64,000 nt of DNA from Smithellaceae bacterium. GTDB taxonomy: Bacteria; Desulfobacterota; Syntrophia; Syntrophales; Smithellaceae. Within the stretch, counting starts at the first letter, position 1. Each line of letters starts with the position of its first letter. The stretch spans positions 3,296,001 to 3,360,000 of the forward strand of contig CAXXVL010000002.1 in the NCBI GenBank assembly GCA_963667845.2, given 5' to 3'. The translations under genes were made by a program, and so were the position numbers. Below the pieces are notes generated by a model. That model did no database searches. It had not been told where the DNA came from and was given only the letters and a program-made list of their open reading frames with translations. This document shows, piece after piece, positions 48,760 to 59,578 of this stretch.

Positions 48760-48957
48760 CTATAAATAAGGAATAAGCCTTTTGATGGCGCGTTCATTCG
48801 CGGAATGCACCAATGTGGATTTCCTTAAGGTTCTTTTTCTTTTCGTGGTCTTTTTTGTCAGGATATGACTGGCAAAAGCCTTGCTACGCTTCACCTTCCC
48901 TTTGGCAGTGATGGAAAAGCGTTTGGCAGCCCCTCTGTGCGTTTTCATCTTCGGCAT
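48760..48957 (-). CDS. rpmI: 50S ribosomal protein L35
   Basis: [14 protein letters not shown]. Confidence 0.98.
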   Translation of the reverse strand: MPKMKTHRGAAKRFSITAKGKVKRSKAFASHILTKKTTKRKRTLRKSTLVHSANERAIKRLIPYL

Positions 48958-48983
48958 ATTCTCACCTCTTCATTCTCATTTAT

Positions 48984-49493
48984 TTATTTTTTCGGCGAAA
49001 CAATCATGACCATGTTCCGGCCTTCAAGCCTCGGTTCCTGATCCATTGTACATTCATCGACCAGCGCAGTTTTTATCTGGTCCATCAATCTACGGCCGAT
49101 CTCGGTAAAGGCGATTTCACGCCCCCGGAACATCATGGAGACTTTCACTTTGTCGTGTTGTTCCAAAAATTTCTTTATATGTTTTATTTTTACCTGTAAA
49201 TCATGCGCCTCCGTTTTGGGTCTTAAACGGATTTCTTTTACATGAATCACCGTCTGGCTTTTTCGCGAGTCATGGACTTTTTTGCTTTGCTTGTAACGGT
49301 ACTTTCCGTAATCCATTATTTTGCAGACAGGTGGTTCGGCATTTGCAGATACTTCAACTAAATCCAGACCGACTCTTTCCGCATTGGCGATCGCCTCGTC
49401 CAAGGAAATAACGCCCAAAGGCTGTCCTTCCTCATTGATGACTCTGACCGTAGCCGACTTTATTTCTCTGTTGATCCTTAAATCCTTAACTAT
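48984..49493 (-). CDS. infC: translation initiation factor IF-3 (ATA start)
   Basis: Frame extends upstream of track start to ATA at 49493, 6 nt after AGGAGG, giving VKDLRINREI; PPVCKIMDYGK motif. Confidence 0.93.
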   Translation of the reverse strand: MVKDLRINREIKSATVRVINEEGQPLGVISLDEAIANAERVGLDLVEVSANAEPPVCKIMDYGKYRYKQSKKVHDSRKSQTVIHVKEIRLRPKTEAHDLQVKIKHIKKFLEQHDKVKVSMMFRGREIAFTEIGRRLMDQIKTALVDECTMDQEPRLEGRNMVMIVSPKK

Positions 49494-49526
49494 ACGGCAC
49501 CTCCTGAAACAAATCTCATGAAAAGC

Positions 49527-51440
49527 TTATTTCTTTTTTTCACACATTTCCCGCACTAAAGCAATGAATTGTTCGACCGGCAAGGCACCGAGATTTTGGC
49601 CGTCGCGCAGCCGCGGCGCCACTGTTCCGGCTTCCATTTCTTTATCGCCGATCACCAGCATGTAGGGAATCTTCTGTAGCTGAGCCTGGCGTATTTTATA
49701 ACCTAATTTTTCATTGTCAAAATATTTTTCGGCACGGATGTCCGCGGCCAAAAGTCTTTTGTGAACTTCTGACGCGTAAGGAATATGCTTGTCTGTCACC
49801 GTCAGCAAGACGCATTGCGTCGGGGCAAGCCAGACCGGAAAGGCACCCGCATATTGTTCGATGAGAACGCCCATAAACCGCTCGATGGCGCCGAGAATCA
49901 CCCGATGCAGCATCACGGGACGATGCTTTTCACCGTCCGCGCCGATGTAACTGAGATCAAATCGCTCCGGCAATGTAAAATCACACTGGATCGTCGCGCA
50001 CTGCCACTTTCTCTTTAAAGCATCTTTGATTTTAAAATCGATTTTTGGCCCGTAAAAAGCACCGTCGCCTTCATTGACTTCGTAAGTGATGTTGTTGTCT
50101 TTGAGAGCGTTTTCCAGCGCAGTGGTTGCCAGTTCCCAATCTGCATCCGACCCGATGGAATGCTCGGGCCTGGTGCTCAACTCCACTTCATATTCAAAAC
50201 CGAAAATCCCCATCGCATAATTGACAAAATCGGCAATAGCGCGGATTTCCGAATTCAGTTGTTCGGGCATGCAAAGGATATGCGCATCATCCTGCGTAAA
50301 TTGACGCACCCGCATCAATCCGTGCAACACGCCTGTCTTCTCGTGACGATGAACGGTACCCAGTTCGAAATAGCGGAGAGGCAAATCCCGATAACTGCGG
50401 ATTTTTGATTTGTAAATCAACATGTGGGAGAGACAATTCATGGGCTTAATTCCATAGGTCTGCTCATCCACTTCAGTAAAATACATATTATCACGATAAT
50501 GGTCAAAATGGCCGGATTTCTTCCACAAATCAACTTTAAGAATCTGGGGCCCCATAACCATATCATAACCGCGCTTCAAGTGCTCTTTGCGCTCCCACTC
50601 TTCGATAATATATCGCAGCAGCATCCCTTTGGGATGAAATATAACCAATCCTGCACCGGCCTCTTCATTGACCTGAAACAAATCCAGTTCCCTGCCCAGA
50701 CGCCGATGATCTCTTTTTTTGGCCTCTTCCAGTAAATTCAAGTAATCCTCAAGCGCCTTTTTATCAGCAAAACCGGTGCCGTAAATACGTTGAAGCATCT
50801 TATTTCTTTCATCACCGCGCCAGTAGGCACCCGCAACGCTGAGCAGTTTAAAGGCTTTGATTTTTCCAGTTGATGGAATGTGCGGCCCACGGCACAAATC
50901 TACATAATCTCCATCCCTATAGACACTGACAACAGAAACATCGGCGGGCAGGTCACGAATGATTTCAACTTTATAATCTTCATGCTTTTCAGCAAACAAC
51001 TCGACCGCTTTCTCCCGTGTCAGTTCTTCCCGCACAAAAGGATAGTCGGCGGCGACAATCTCCCACATGCGTTTCTCGATCTTTTCAAAATCGTCAAGCG
51101 TAAAAGGCTCAGCATACTCAAAATCGTAGTAAAAGCCATCTTCAATAGACGGACCGATGGTAACTTTGGTTCCCTTAAATACGTCCTGCACGGCCTGCGC
51201 CATGACGTGGGATATGCTGTGGCGCAATACGGACAGACCTTCTTTCGATGTCGGAAGAATTGGTTCGACTTTGGAGTCTTCCTTGAGGACAAAGTTCAGA
51301 TCAACGTTTACGCCGTTGACTTTTGCAGCGACGGCGGTCTTGAGGATATCTTTTTGCCAGGCAGCGATCGCATCGTAAACAGTCATACCGATGGGAAAGC
51401 TCTGTTCATTATTATCCGGAAAAACAATTTTTATATTCAT
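49527..51440 (-). CDS. thrS: threonine-tRNA ligase
   Basis: [34 protein letters not shown]. Confidence 0.98.
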   Translation of the reverse strand: MNIKIVFPDNNEQSFPIGMTVYDAIAAWQKDILKTAVAAKVNGVNVDLNFVLKEDSKVEPILPTSKEGLSVLRHSISHVMAQAVQDVFKGTKVTIGPSIEDGFYYDFEYAEPFTLDDFEKIEKRMWEIVAADYPFVREELTREKAVELFAEKHEDYKVEIIRDLPADVSVVSVYRDGDYVDLCRGPHIPSTGKIKAFKLLSVAGAYWRGDERNKMLQRIYGTGFADKKALEDYLNLLEEAKKRDHRRLGRELDLFQVNEEAGAGLVIFHPKGMLLRYIIEEWERKEHLKRGYDMVMGPQILKVDLWKKSGHFDHYRDNMYFTEVDEQTYGIKPMNCLSHMLIYKSKIRSYRDLPLRYFELGTVHRHEKTGVLHGLMRVRQFTQDDAHILCMPEQLNSEIRAIADFVNYAMGIFGFEYEVELSTRPEHSIGSDADWELATTALENALKDNNITYEVNEGDGAFYGPKIDFKIKDALKRKWQCATIQCDFTLPERFDLSYIGADGEKHRPVMLHRVILGAIERFMGVLIEQYAGAFPVWLAPTQCVLLTVTDKHIPYASEVHKRLLAADIRAEKYFDNEKLGYKIRQAQLQKIPYMLVIGDKEMEAGTVAPRLRDGQNLGALPVEQFIALVREMCEKKK

Positions 51441-51481
51441 AGGGTTCTCAGTCAGCCAATGGATCACCATTGGATTTCATT

Positions 51482-51519
51482 TTAAAAGGGCATCACCATT
51501 TTCGCTGATGCCCTTTTAA
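51482..51519 (-). terminator. hairpin between tRNA-Val and thrS
   Basis: TTAAAAGGGCATCA / TGATGCCCTTTTAA 14-bp inverted repeat. Confidence 0.65.
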
Positions 51520-51558
51520 TTATCGGCACTTACGGTATTATGCGGGCTTTAAAAAAAA

Positions 51559-51633
51559 TGGTAGGCAAGCAGGGATTTGAACCCTGGACATCCACCGCGT
51601 CAGGATGGCGCTCTCCCCCTGAGCTACTTGCCT
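51559..51633 (-). tRNA. tRNA-Val(GAC)
   Basis: AGGCAAG acceptor/CTTGCCT, D arm GCTC..GAGC, anticodon arm CCATC-CTGACGC-GGTGG, T arm CAGGG-TTCAAAT-CCCTG, encoded CCA. Confidence 0.95.
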
Positions 51634-51805
51634 ATATGGAAGATTTCCTCTATCCAACCGCGGAAAACCTTCGATTCTAAAGGAACAATATTATTCCCGT
51701 TTATTGCATATCCCGCAACCGTCGACGGGATGTGCTGTGCTAATGAATTCAACTTTTAGCGTTTGGTGAACTAGCAGGAAAACGCTTATGTGTCAAGCAA
51801 ATATC

Positions 51806-52363
51806 TTATTTATTGACCTCTTCGGGTACGGATTTATTCAGTATCCCGATCCCACGGAAGATGTAAACCAAACCCGATATGATTGTAAATAGAGCTGTGG
51901 CCCAGCAAAGGGCGATAATCCAATAATATCCGAAATCGTGAGTGACAGCCTTGTATAGCAGGGCGAGAAAGATAGTAGCAACCTGCAAGGCTGTGGTAAT
52001 CTTGCCGACGATAGCCGGTCTTATCTCGTAGGAGATCGACATTAAAGTAAGAATCGCAATTCCGAGCAAAATAATAAAATCGCGGCTAATGACGATAACA
52101 GCCAGCCAGCCTGGGATAAGACCGTAAATAGCCAGCGTTACAAAACTGGTAACCAGCAAAAGCTTATCCGCAATTGGATCCAAATAAGCGCCCAACGTGG
52201 TCTGACATTTCAATAGGCGCGCCAGTGTTCCATCCAGCGCGTCAGTCAGGCCCGCCACCACAAAAGTAACTAGGGCCCTATCATATTCTGACTGAATCAG
52301 AAAAATGACGAATACGGGAACAAGGATGACCCTCAGCAGTGATAAAAAATTTGGTATATTCAT
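51806..52363 (-). CDS. pgsA: CDP-alcohol phosphatidyltransferase (PgsA-like)
   Basis: NIPNFLSLLR, DALDGTLAR...GAYLDPIADK. Confidence 0.85.
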   Translation of the reverse strand: MNIPNFLSLLRVILVPVFVIFLIQSEYDRALVTFVVAGLTDALDGTLARLLKCQTTLGAYLDPIADKLLLVTSFVTLAIYGLIPGWLAVIVISRDFIILLGIAILTLMSISYEIRPAIVGKITTALQVATIFLALLYKAVTHDFGYYWIIALCWATALFTIISGLVYIFRGIGILNKSVPEEVNK

Positions 52364-52388
52364 CAATGGTTCGAAGTTTGTTTGTCGT

Positions 52389-53150
52389 TTATGGTTTTTG
52401 ATCTCTTATCTTATTCCACTTCACCCAATCATCCATATCCTCAGCTTCGGTAAACGCTTCGGGCTCCCGGGCCTGACCCTTCGCGGTGATCCGAATCTTC
52501 TGCATCGATTTAACGATGTACACCCATTCTTCCATAGACACGGGTTTGGGACCCTCAACCACAGTCGGTCCTGCAACAGGTTTGGGTGGCCCCTGAACCG
52601 AATCTTCCGTGAGCTTTGTCCTAGAGATACCGGCCACCCGAACTTCACCATCGTACACTTTTACCAGCGCTGATTGGTCACTCTCAACATCCATACGATA
52701 TACGGTGCCCCGAACGCCGGCGACGGCGTTCTGGCAGGATATTTCAAATTTATCCCCTTTCCCCGGCAGAGCTTTCCGCACCTTCGTCCAGATTTTCCCT
52801 ACCGTCACCGAAATCCCGACAGTGCGCTTGCCGTCATCAGCGATATCAGCCTCGATAAGTTTGAAGGACGTCTTTTCGGAAAATCGAACAATACTTTTGT
52901 CCGGCAAAACCATTTCCAGTCGGCTGTCGGCGCCGGTCGTGACCTCACATCCCGCCCGGACAAGATCATTAACCTTGAGAGAGCGCGTTCCTTTTAGCCC
53001 CGCACAAATGACGTCGGCCTTTCCTTTCAACGCTGTGACTTGCGCTTCACCCTTCATCATTTTTACGGGCACCGGCGGCTTGGCCTGCCCGGAAGCAAAA
53101 CAAATCAGCAGCAGCACAATTGAAAAAGCAACAGACATCGATTTTTTCAT
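52389..53150 (-). CDS. FecR-domain exported protein
   Basis: Signal peptide; VTTGADSR, NAVAGVRGT, VYDGEV. Confidence 0.8.
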   Translation of the reverse strand: MKKSMSVAFSIVLLLICFASGQAKPPVPVKMMKGEAQVTALKGKADVICAGLKGTRSLKVNDLVRAGCEVTTGADSRLEMVLPDKSIVRFSEKTSFKLIEADIADDGKRTVGISVTVGKIWTKVRKALPGKGDKFEISCQNAVAGVRGTVYRMDVESDQSALVKVYDGEVRVAGISRTKLTEDSVQGPPKPVAGPTVVEGPKPVSMEEWVYIVKSMQKIRITAKGQAREPEAFTEAEDMDDWVKWNKIRDQKP

Positions 53151-53215
53151 GATCTTCTCCCGGGAATCCTGTCCATAAAAAAAATCTCAAGATATTATTT
53201 GAAAATTGAAAAATG

Positions 53216-53815
53216 CTATCCTCTTAATTTCGGACCGTAAGGCAGCGACTCCATAACTTTGCCGACTGCCTCCTCCAACGCTTCTTCCAAACCGCCGTTG
53301 GATTTCATCTTCAGACTTGTTCGAAACAGATCAAAACTTCTCCTTGTCGACCTGTATTGAGCATTCCATAATGATTCACCAGTCTTTGTGCTGCGCAGTT
53401 CACATCGGATAGCCACAGTAACCGGCGCGTAAAATATCCGTGTCGATGATTGATTTTCGAGAAGTGTGCAATACATGGCACCGTCAGCACCCAACAGCTC
53501 TTCGATTGCTTTCGGCGGAATGACCGTGTTTTTCTTCGTTTCGGAGCTTTCCGTCAGAGGCATCAATTTACTGTCAATTGTCTCCGAGGCGATTTGCGAA
53601 TAGCCCTTAAAACGAAGCTCCTCACTTAATTTCGATCGCAGCATTTTTGCCGCTTTCGTATTCGCCGTATCACTTTCCACTGGCAGCAAAGCAATAGTAT
53701 TCACGACAGGCACATTTCGATCATTTTTGGGCGTTGCCGGCGCGAGAAACGTACAGGCGGGCAGACCTAAACAAACCGCAAAGATTATGGCGACTGAAAT
53801 ATTGTGGGCTCTCAT
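53216..53815 (-). CDS. lipoprotein (DUF799/GNA1162-like)
   Basis: Lipobox LPAC; IALLP, LGADGAMY, TGESLW, LPYGP. Confidence 0.7.
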   Translation of the reverse strand: MRAHNISVAIIFAVCLGLPACTFLAPATPKNDRNVPVVNTIALLPVESDTANTKAAKMLRSKLSEELRFKGYSQIASETIDSKLMPLTESSETKKNTVIPPKAIEELLGADGAMYCTLLENQSSTRIFYAPVTVAIRCELRSTKTGESLWNAQYRSTRRSFDLFRTSLKMKSNGGLEEALEEAVGKVMESLPYGPKLRG

Positions 53816-54495
53816 CGTGACTCCTCTTTGACCCTTAAATTGATTTCAACAGCATTTTGATTCTGATTGATCGAGTCGATCGTGTATCTTCCCGTCTTTT
53901 CGAACTCGGCCATCAAGTATTGGACATCTCCGTCCAGGCGCAAATTGAATGAAACATGCTGCCATTCCAGACGGCACGGATAGATATTCTTCACCGTCTT
54001 CGATCGGCTCAGCAAGAAAGTTCTTATGCGGTCGAAATCAGAATATTTTTTCATCCCCGCGAGGGATAAAGAAACGGAAATCAATTCCTTTTCCTTCTGA
54101 TCCTGAAGAATGCCCATCTGCAGCAGGTCCTCACGCACAGGCAACAGAGCAACAACAGCGTGCACATTCGCGGTATATTCATCATGTTGTCTGACTTCGG
54201 AAACGATTCGATAGTTCTTAATATAGCGATCGACCTTGCCGACCATGATACTTTTCACGGACTGGAATTTTTCGTCCTCATATTTATCCAGTAAGATTTT
54301 TGCCGACGCTTGCAGGATGGCTTTTTCCAGCGCATTCTTGACGGCTTCATCACGGGCGTGGGCTTCATCATTTTTGATGACCGCAGCATGCCCCTCCACC
54401 TGAAGGACCAAGTCCGTCGATACCTGATTGGCATAGGCTGAATAGCCCGAAATGCATGTCATGAATAGAATCACGAACAGGGTTGCTTTCATCAC
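53812..54495 (-). CDS. exported protein with FlgT N-terminal-like domain
   Basis: Signal peptide; VEGHA...ARDEAVKNALEKAI...YIKNYRIVSE. Confidence 0.65.
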   Translation of the reverse strand: MMKATLFVILFMTCISGYSAYANQVSTDLVLQVEGHAAVIKNDEAHARDEAVKNALEKAILQASAKILLDKYEDEKFQSVKSIMVGKVDRYIKNYRIVSEVRQHDEYTANVHAVVALLPVREDLLQMGILQDQKEKELISVSLSLAGMKKYSDFDRIRTFLLSRSKTVKNIYPCRLEWQHVSFNLRLDGDVQYLMAEFEKTGRYTIDSINQNQNAVEINLRVKEESR

Positions 54496-54502
54496 TTAAA
54501 TC

Positions 54503-54859
54503 CTATCTGGAAGAATTCCCTGAACTCATAGCCTTAATTTTTTCAATTTCTTCTCTGATCACGCGCTCTGCAATAGCGGGCACAACTTCCCCGACGATTT
54601 TTTTTATTATCTCCTCGGCCCGGCTGAGGATCATTTCATTGACCTGAGAAGTCCCTAGAGTTTCGTCAAAGACATCCGTCAGCTCATGAATATTTCCACC
54701 GTTCGACTTCCCGCGTTCGTATCCCCGGCCATCTATTGCGATGATTTGCTGCGGATTTTTCCCATCCATGGCTCTTCGGCCATGTCCGTTTTGGTCGTCA
54801 TAGATTTCAGTGAGTTCGTGAATTTTTTTGCCCTGAACAGGCCCGGAATTATCAGCCAT
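54503..54859 (-). CDS. hypothetical protein with RomR-C-like tail
   Basis: Repeated IHELT motif; C-terminal EVVPAIAERVIREEIEKIK; ATG 54859 after AAGGA. Confidence 0.65.
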   Translation of the reverse strand: MADNSGPVQGKKIHELTEIYDDQNGHGRRAMDGKNPQQIIAIDGRGYERGKSNGGNIHELTDVFDETLGTSQVNEMILSRAEEIIKKIVGEVVPAIAERVIREEIEKIKAMSSGNSSR

Positions 54860-54970
54860 CTTTTGTTCCTTAATTAGCGCGCTCCGTGACAATTAACAAT
54901 AAGTTTTCGGTTGTTTTACATTTCGAGTTACCATAGTGCAAAAAACTCTTCAAGCAATATGTGTACACTT

Positions 54971-55846
54971 TCAGGTTTCATTGCTCTCAGGAAACTGCTG
55001 AATTTTAATAGCGATGTCGTAAACTTTTTTTCGGGATAACCCAGTCTGCCGCACAATATCTGCAACGGCATCGCGCACCGATACAGATCCCTGGGCCAGG
55101 AGCTCCTCAAGCCTCTCCCGAATTTCATCATCGGGAAGTAAAACCTGCTCATGAAAAGATCCCTGTACGATAACTGTAAATTCCCCCTTAGCCTTATTCG
55201 CTGACCATTCCGATATCAGTTGAGAAATACGCCCACGTTTAATCTCTTCAAATGTCTTGGTTAATTCACGCGCCACAACAATCTGCCTGTCGCCCAATAT
55301 GTCATAAACAGCCTGCAGTGCAGTGGTAATTCTTGACGGGGATTCATAAAACACGATCAGTTTCTCTTCATCCTTTACAGACTCAAGGAAACGGCGGCGC
55401 TTATTTTCCTTCGGCGGCAAAAAACCGCAGAATAAGAATTGATCAGCCGGTAATCCGCAGGCAGACAGCGCGGCAACGACCGCTGAAGCCCCGGGGATCG
55501 GAACCACTCTGATTTTATTTTCCATTGCATGGTTAACGAGTCGATAACCGGGATCTGAAATACAAGGGGTTCCGGCATCGGAGACATAAGCCACACTCGT
55601 ACCGGCCTTTATTTTTGAAACAATCAGCGAACTTCTTTCCTGCTCATTATGCTCATGCAGGCTGATCAGAGGCGTTTTGACATCGTAGGCCATCATCAAA
55701 ATTCTGGAATGGCGCGTATCTTCCGCGGCGATCAGGTCAACTTCTTTCAATACGCGCAATGCCCGCAGTGTTAAATCTTCCAGATTCCCGATGGGCGTGG
55801 CCACGATGTAGAGAGTACCTTGTTTTTCAGCCGTATCTTTATTCAT
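54971..55846 (-). CDS. rsmI: 16S rRNA C1402 2'-O-methyltransferase
   Basis: LYIVATPIGNLED, AAEDTR, SDAGTPCISDPG, YESP, ARELTK. Confidence 0.96.
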   Translation of the reverse strand: MNKDTAEKQGTLYIVATPIGNLEDLTLRALRVLKEVDLIAAEDTRHSRILMMAYDVKTPLISLHEHNEQERSSLIVSKIKAGTSVAYVSDAGTPCISDPGYRLVNHAMENKIRVVPIPGASAVVAALSACGLPADQFLFCGFLPPKENKRRRFLESVKDEEKLIVFYESPSRITTALQAVYDILGDRQIVVARELTKTFEEIKRGRISQLISEWSANKAKGEFTVIVQGSFHEQVLLPDDEIRERLEELLAQGSVSVRDAVADIVRQTGLSRKKVYDIAIKIQQFPESNET

Positions 55847-55936
55847 AAGATCTTACGTAAATACTTTTTGTTGTTGACATCTATGACTTGTTTCGGCTTT
55901 AATAGCAAAGAAAAAAAATACTATTCTGAATAAAAT

Positions 55937-56887
55937 GTGGCCGAAATGAAACGAATACTGGTTACGGGAGGCGCGGGATTTTTAGGTTCGCATTTGTGTG
56001 AACGACTTCTTAATGAGGGAAACGACATTCTGTGTCTGGATAATTTCTTTACGGGCAGTAAAAATAATATCGCCCACCTTCTGGGACGCCCGCACTTCGA
56101 ATTGATTCGTCACGACATTATTAATCCCATCTATCTGGAAGTCGATGAAATTTATAATCTGGCCTGTCCGGCATCTCCCGTCCATTATCAATTCAATCCC
56201 ATTAAAACCATCAAGACCAACGTTATGGGCGCAATCAATGTTCTGGGCATAGCCAAAAGAACCAAAGCGAAGATCCTTCAGGCATCAACGTCGGAAGTGT
56301 ATGGGGATCCGGACGTACATCCGCAAAAAGAATCTTATTGGGGACGCGTCAACCCGATCGGCATCCGCAGCTGTTATGATGAAGGTAAAAGAGCGGCTGA
56401 GTGTCTGATGATGGATTACAGGCGACAAAACGCAGTCAAGACCAAAATCGTGCGCATCTTCAATACCTATGGTCCGCGTATGGCCGTGAACGACGGACGC
56501 GTCGTTAGCAACTTTATCCTTCAGGCTCTGCAGGGAAAAGACATCACGGTTTACGGCGACGGTCACCATACCCGTTCATTTTGTTATTGCGACGATTTAA
56601 TTGACGGGTTGGTCAGGATGATGAATACCGATGATGATTTTTTTGGACCGGTTAACATCGGTAATCCGGGTGAATTTACTATCCTGCAATTGGCCCGGAT
56701 GGTTATTGATTTAACGGGTAGTAGCTCCAAAATTGACTTTCAAACGCTACCGGCAGACGATCCGGCACAACGTAGGCCCGACATAGCACTTGCAGAACAT
56801 AAACTGGGATGGCACCCGGCGATACCGCTTGAGCAGGGTCTCGTTTCTACTATTCAATATTTCCGCGATATCTTAAAATCATCTTAA
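55937..56887 (+). CDS. UDP-glucuronate decarboxylase (UDP-xylose synthase)
   Basis: [47 protein letters not shown]; start GTG 55937 or ATG 55946. Confidence 0.93.
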   Translation: MAEMKRILVTGGAGFLGSHLCERLLNEGNDILCLDNFFTGSKNNIAHLLGRPHFELIRHDIINPIYLEVDEIYNLACPASPVHYQFNPIKTIKTNVMGAINVLGIAKRTKAKILQASTSEVYGDPDVHPQKESYWGRVNPIGIRSCYDEGKRAAECLMMDYRRQNAVKTKIVRIFNTYGPRMAVNDGRVVSNFILQALQGKDITVYGDGHHTRSFCYCDDLIDGLVRMMNTDDDFFGPVNIGNPGEFTILQLARMVIDLTGSSSKIDFQTLPADDPAQRRPDIALAEHKLGWHPAIPLEQGLVSTIQYFRDILKSS

Positions 56888-56910
56888 ACTATAGAGGTAA
56901 GTTCAGGACT

Positions 56911-58287
56911 ATGAAATTTAACAAAAAAATTCTTTGCATTGGAGCGGGCTACGTCGGAGCTCCGTCGATGATCATGATCGCTTGCAAATGCCCGGACTAC
57001 AAAGTCACTGTAGTGGATATCAACAGTCAACGGATCAACGCCTGGAACTCCGATCGGTTGCCGGTTTATGAACCGGGTCTCGATAAACTTATACAACAAT
57101 CACGCGGTAGAAATTTATTTTTTTCGACAGATGTCGAAAAAGGAATAGCAGAAAATGACATCATTTTCGTCTGTGTCAATACACCCACAAAAACGTTTGG
57201 AGCCGGCGCCGGCATGGCCGCCGATCTGCAGTACTGGGAAAAAACGGCGAGACAAATTCTCGATAATTCTCAATCATCAAAGATCGTGATTGAAAAAAGC
57301 ACCCTCCCCATCAAAACCGCGCTGGCTATGGAGCGAATCCTGGCTTCGGGTAAGGGAAAGATAACCTTTGATGTTCTCTCCAATCCTGAATTCATGGCGG
57401 AGGGAACGGCGATCACGGACCTCGAAAATCCCGACCGCGTGTTAATCGGCTCACGTGATACGGAAAGCGGCCTTGCTGCCCGTGCACAATTGGTGGATAT
57501 TTATTCGCGCTGGGTATCACCCGAAAGAATTATCACGTCCAACATCTGGAGCGCCGAACTCTCCAAGCTGGTGGCCAACGCTTTTCTGGCGCAACGCGTG
57601 TCGTCCATTAACGCCATATCGGCGCTTTGCGAAAAGACCGATGCCGATATATCCGAGGTGGCCAGAGCCGTGGGCACCGACAGCCGCATCGGCTCTAAAT
57701 TTCTTAAAGCCGGTATCGGCTTTGGCGGTTCCTGCTTTAAGAAAGATATTCTGAACCTTGTTTATCTCTGTCACTTTTATGGCCTGCCGGACGTTGCAGC
57801 CTACTGGGAGAGCGTCGTCACAATCAATGAATATCAGCAGGATCGCTTCGTTGCCAACATACTTCAATCGATGTTTAACACCCTGGCCGGAAAAAAAATC
57901 TGCGTTCTGGGATTTGCGTTTAAGGCTGATACCGGAGACACGCGGGAAAGCCCGGCCATCTACGTCACGCGCAAGTTGCTTGCTGAACATGCCGAAGTCG
58001 TCATCTCCGACCCCAGAGCTCTGGACAATGCCGCTGCAGACCTGGCGAACGATGCAGGGACGATCAGCTATGTTGAAGACCCCTATGAGGCAGCGGCCGG
58101 ATGCCACGCGCTCGTGATTATGACAGACTGGGATTCATACAGGAAACTGGACTACCGCAAAATCTACAAATCGATGATCAAACCGGCATTTATATTTGAT
58201 GGACGGAATATCATCGATGCGCCGCTGTGCTTCGAAATCGGGTTTAACGTATTCCCCATCGGAAAGCCGGCGTTGAGTCGTCTTTGA
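56911..58287 (+). CDS. ugd: UDP-glucose 6-dehydrogenase
   Basis: IGAGYVG, VNTPTK, EKSTLP, SNPEF, GFGGSCFKKD, GFAFKADTGDTRESP. Confidence 0.95.
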   Translation: MKFNKKILCIGAGYVGAPSMIMIACKCPDYKVTVVDINSQRINAWNSDRLPVYEPGLDKLIQQSRGRNLFFSTDVEKGIAENDIIFVCVNTPTKTFGAGAGMAADLQYWEKTARQILDNSQSSKIVIEKSTLPIKTALAMERILASGKGKITFDVLSNPEFMAEGTAITDLENPDRVLIGSRDTESGLAARAQLVDIYSRWVSPERIITSNIWSAELSKLVANAFLAQRVSSINAISALCEKTDADISEVARAVGTDSRIGSKFLKAGIGFGGSCFKKDILNLVYLCHFYGLPDVAAYWESVVTINEYQQDRFVANILQSMFNTLAGKKICVLGFAFKADTGDTRESPAIYVTRKLLAEHAEVVISDPRALDNAAADLANDAGTISYVEDPYEAAAGCHALVIMTDWDSYRKLDYRKIYKSMIKPAFIFDGRNIIDAPLCFEIGFNVFPIGKPALSRL

Positions 58288-58412
58288 TCCCGATTCTGAT
58301 TTGAAACGCTCTTCTCGTCGGCTATTCGGTGCCTTTCCCGGAAACGAATAAATCTTGCTGCCCTGCGCTTCAAGGCATTTCAGGCCATTCATGACCGCGA
58401 AAAAATCGGCCT

Positions 58413-58796
58413 TCAGGAAGAAATAAATTCAAAAGCGTTTTTAATCAAACGAATGTCATGTCCCGACGGTAAGGAGAGGATCGCGACGACATCAAAACGG
58501 GCACAGGTTTTATCTAATTTCTTTTCCTGAAGATACCACAAGGCCAGTTGCGACATTTTTCTCTGCTTTTTGTTACCCACCGCTTCTTCCGGATAACCCA
58601 GCGCATCGGACTTTCTGGATTTTACTTCCACAAATACCACATCATTTCTGTCATGAGCGATTATATCGATTTCACCGATCGGGCAGCGATAATTGAGTTC
58701 GTCGATACGGTAGCCGTTCTTTTTCAAATAGTCAGCGGCAATCTTTTCTCCGGCTTTCCCGATATCGATTTTCCGTACGTCTTTCTTATCGGCCAT
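58413..58796 (-). CDS. yraN: YraN family protein
   Basis: GKAGE, NYRCPIGEIDII, VFVEVKSR, RFDVV. Confidence 0.92.
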   Translation of the reverse strand: MADKKDVRKIDIGKAGEKIAADYLKKNGYRIDELNYRCPIGEIDIIAHDRNDVVFVEVKSRKSDALGYPEEAVGNKKQRKMSQLALWYLQEKKLDKTCARFDVVAILSLPSGHDIRLIKNAFEFISS

Positions 58797-59416
58797 CAGG
58801 ACCAATCCAGAATCGTTTGATGAATGTCTCCATTCTTTAAATGAAAAGACCGGCGATGTATCTTACACATACCGATCTCCTGTAATATTTTTCGGTGCTC
58901 GGCGGTTCCGTATCCTTTGTTTTGCAAAAAATTATATTGGGGAAACTGGCGGTGATACATTTCCATGATCCGGTCCCGCGAAACTTTGGCGATGATGGAA
59001 GCAGCGGCAATCGACACGCTCAATCCATCACCTTTCACCAGCGCTTTCTGCGGCATATCGATGGCAATCGTATATAAACCGTCAATGAGAATGTAATCCG
59101 GGGTGATGGACAGATCCACAACCGCTTCGCACATTGCCTGGAGCGAAGCCCTGAGAATATTGATCCGATCAATGACGTCGGCCTCGGCAACGCCCACACC
59201 TACAGCCAGTGCATCTTTTGAGATCACCTTGTAAAGTTCGTCTCTTTTGTTGACGGTTAATGTCTTGGAATCGTTAATTTCGGAATTTTGGTACGCTGGG
59301 GGGAAAATGACTGCGGCAGCGACGACGGGCCCGGCGAGCGGCCCCCGGCCTGCTTCGTCGACACCCGCAATGCATCGGTAGCCTTCACAATAAGCGAGCT
59401 TTTCGAAAGTGTCCAT
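58796..59416 (-). CDS. rnhB: ribonuclease HII
   Basis: GVDEAGRGPLAGPV, NDSK, AAASIIAKV, NKGYGT, HRRSF. Confidence 0.97.
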   Translation of the reverse strand: MDTFEKLAYCEGYRCIAGVDEAGRGPLAGPVVAAAVIFPPAYQNSEINDSKTLTVNKRDELYKVISKDALAVGVGVAEADVIDRINILRASLQAMCEAVVDLSITPDYILIDGLYTIAIDMPQKALVKGDGLSVSIAAASIIAKVSRDRIMEMYHRQFPQYNFLQNKGYGTAEHRKILQEIGMCKIHRRSFHLKNGDIHQTILDWS

Positions 59417-59578
59417 CGCAAAAAGATGTAAAGGAACCTTTCTGCCTGACTGAGCTTGCGCATCTCCTGCAACAAGCTCAGTCTGTTGAACTATTCAGTG
59501 ATCCGGTATTAAATGACCTCCGGGTTCAAGTGATCCTCATGGCCAAACTGCGCCTGTTGACAGCCAGGATGAAAAAAA

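Noticed and set aside
51696..51736. Hairpin GCATATCCCG/CGGGATGTGC upstream of tRNA-Val as a riboswitch
   Set aside because: Single stem with no recognisable riboswitch consensus
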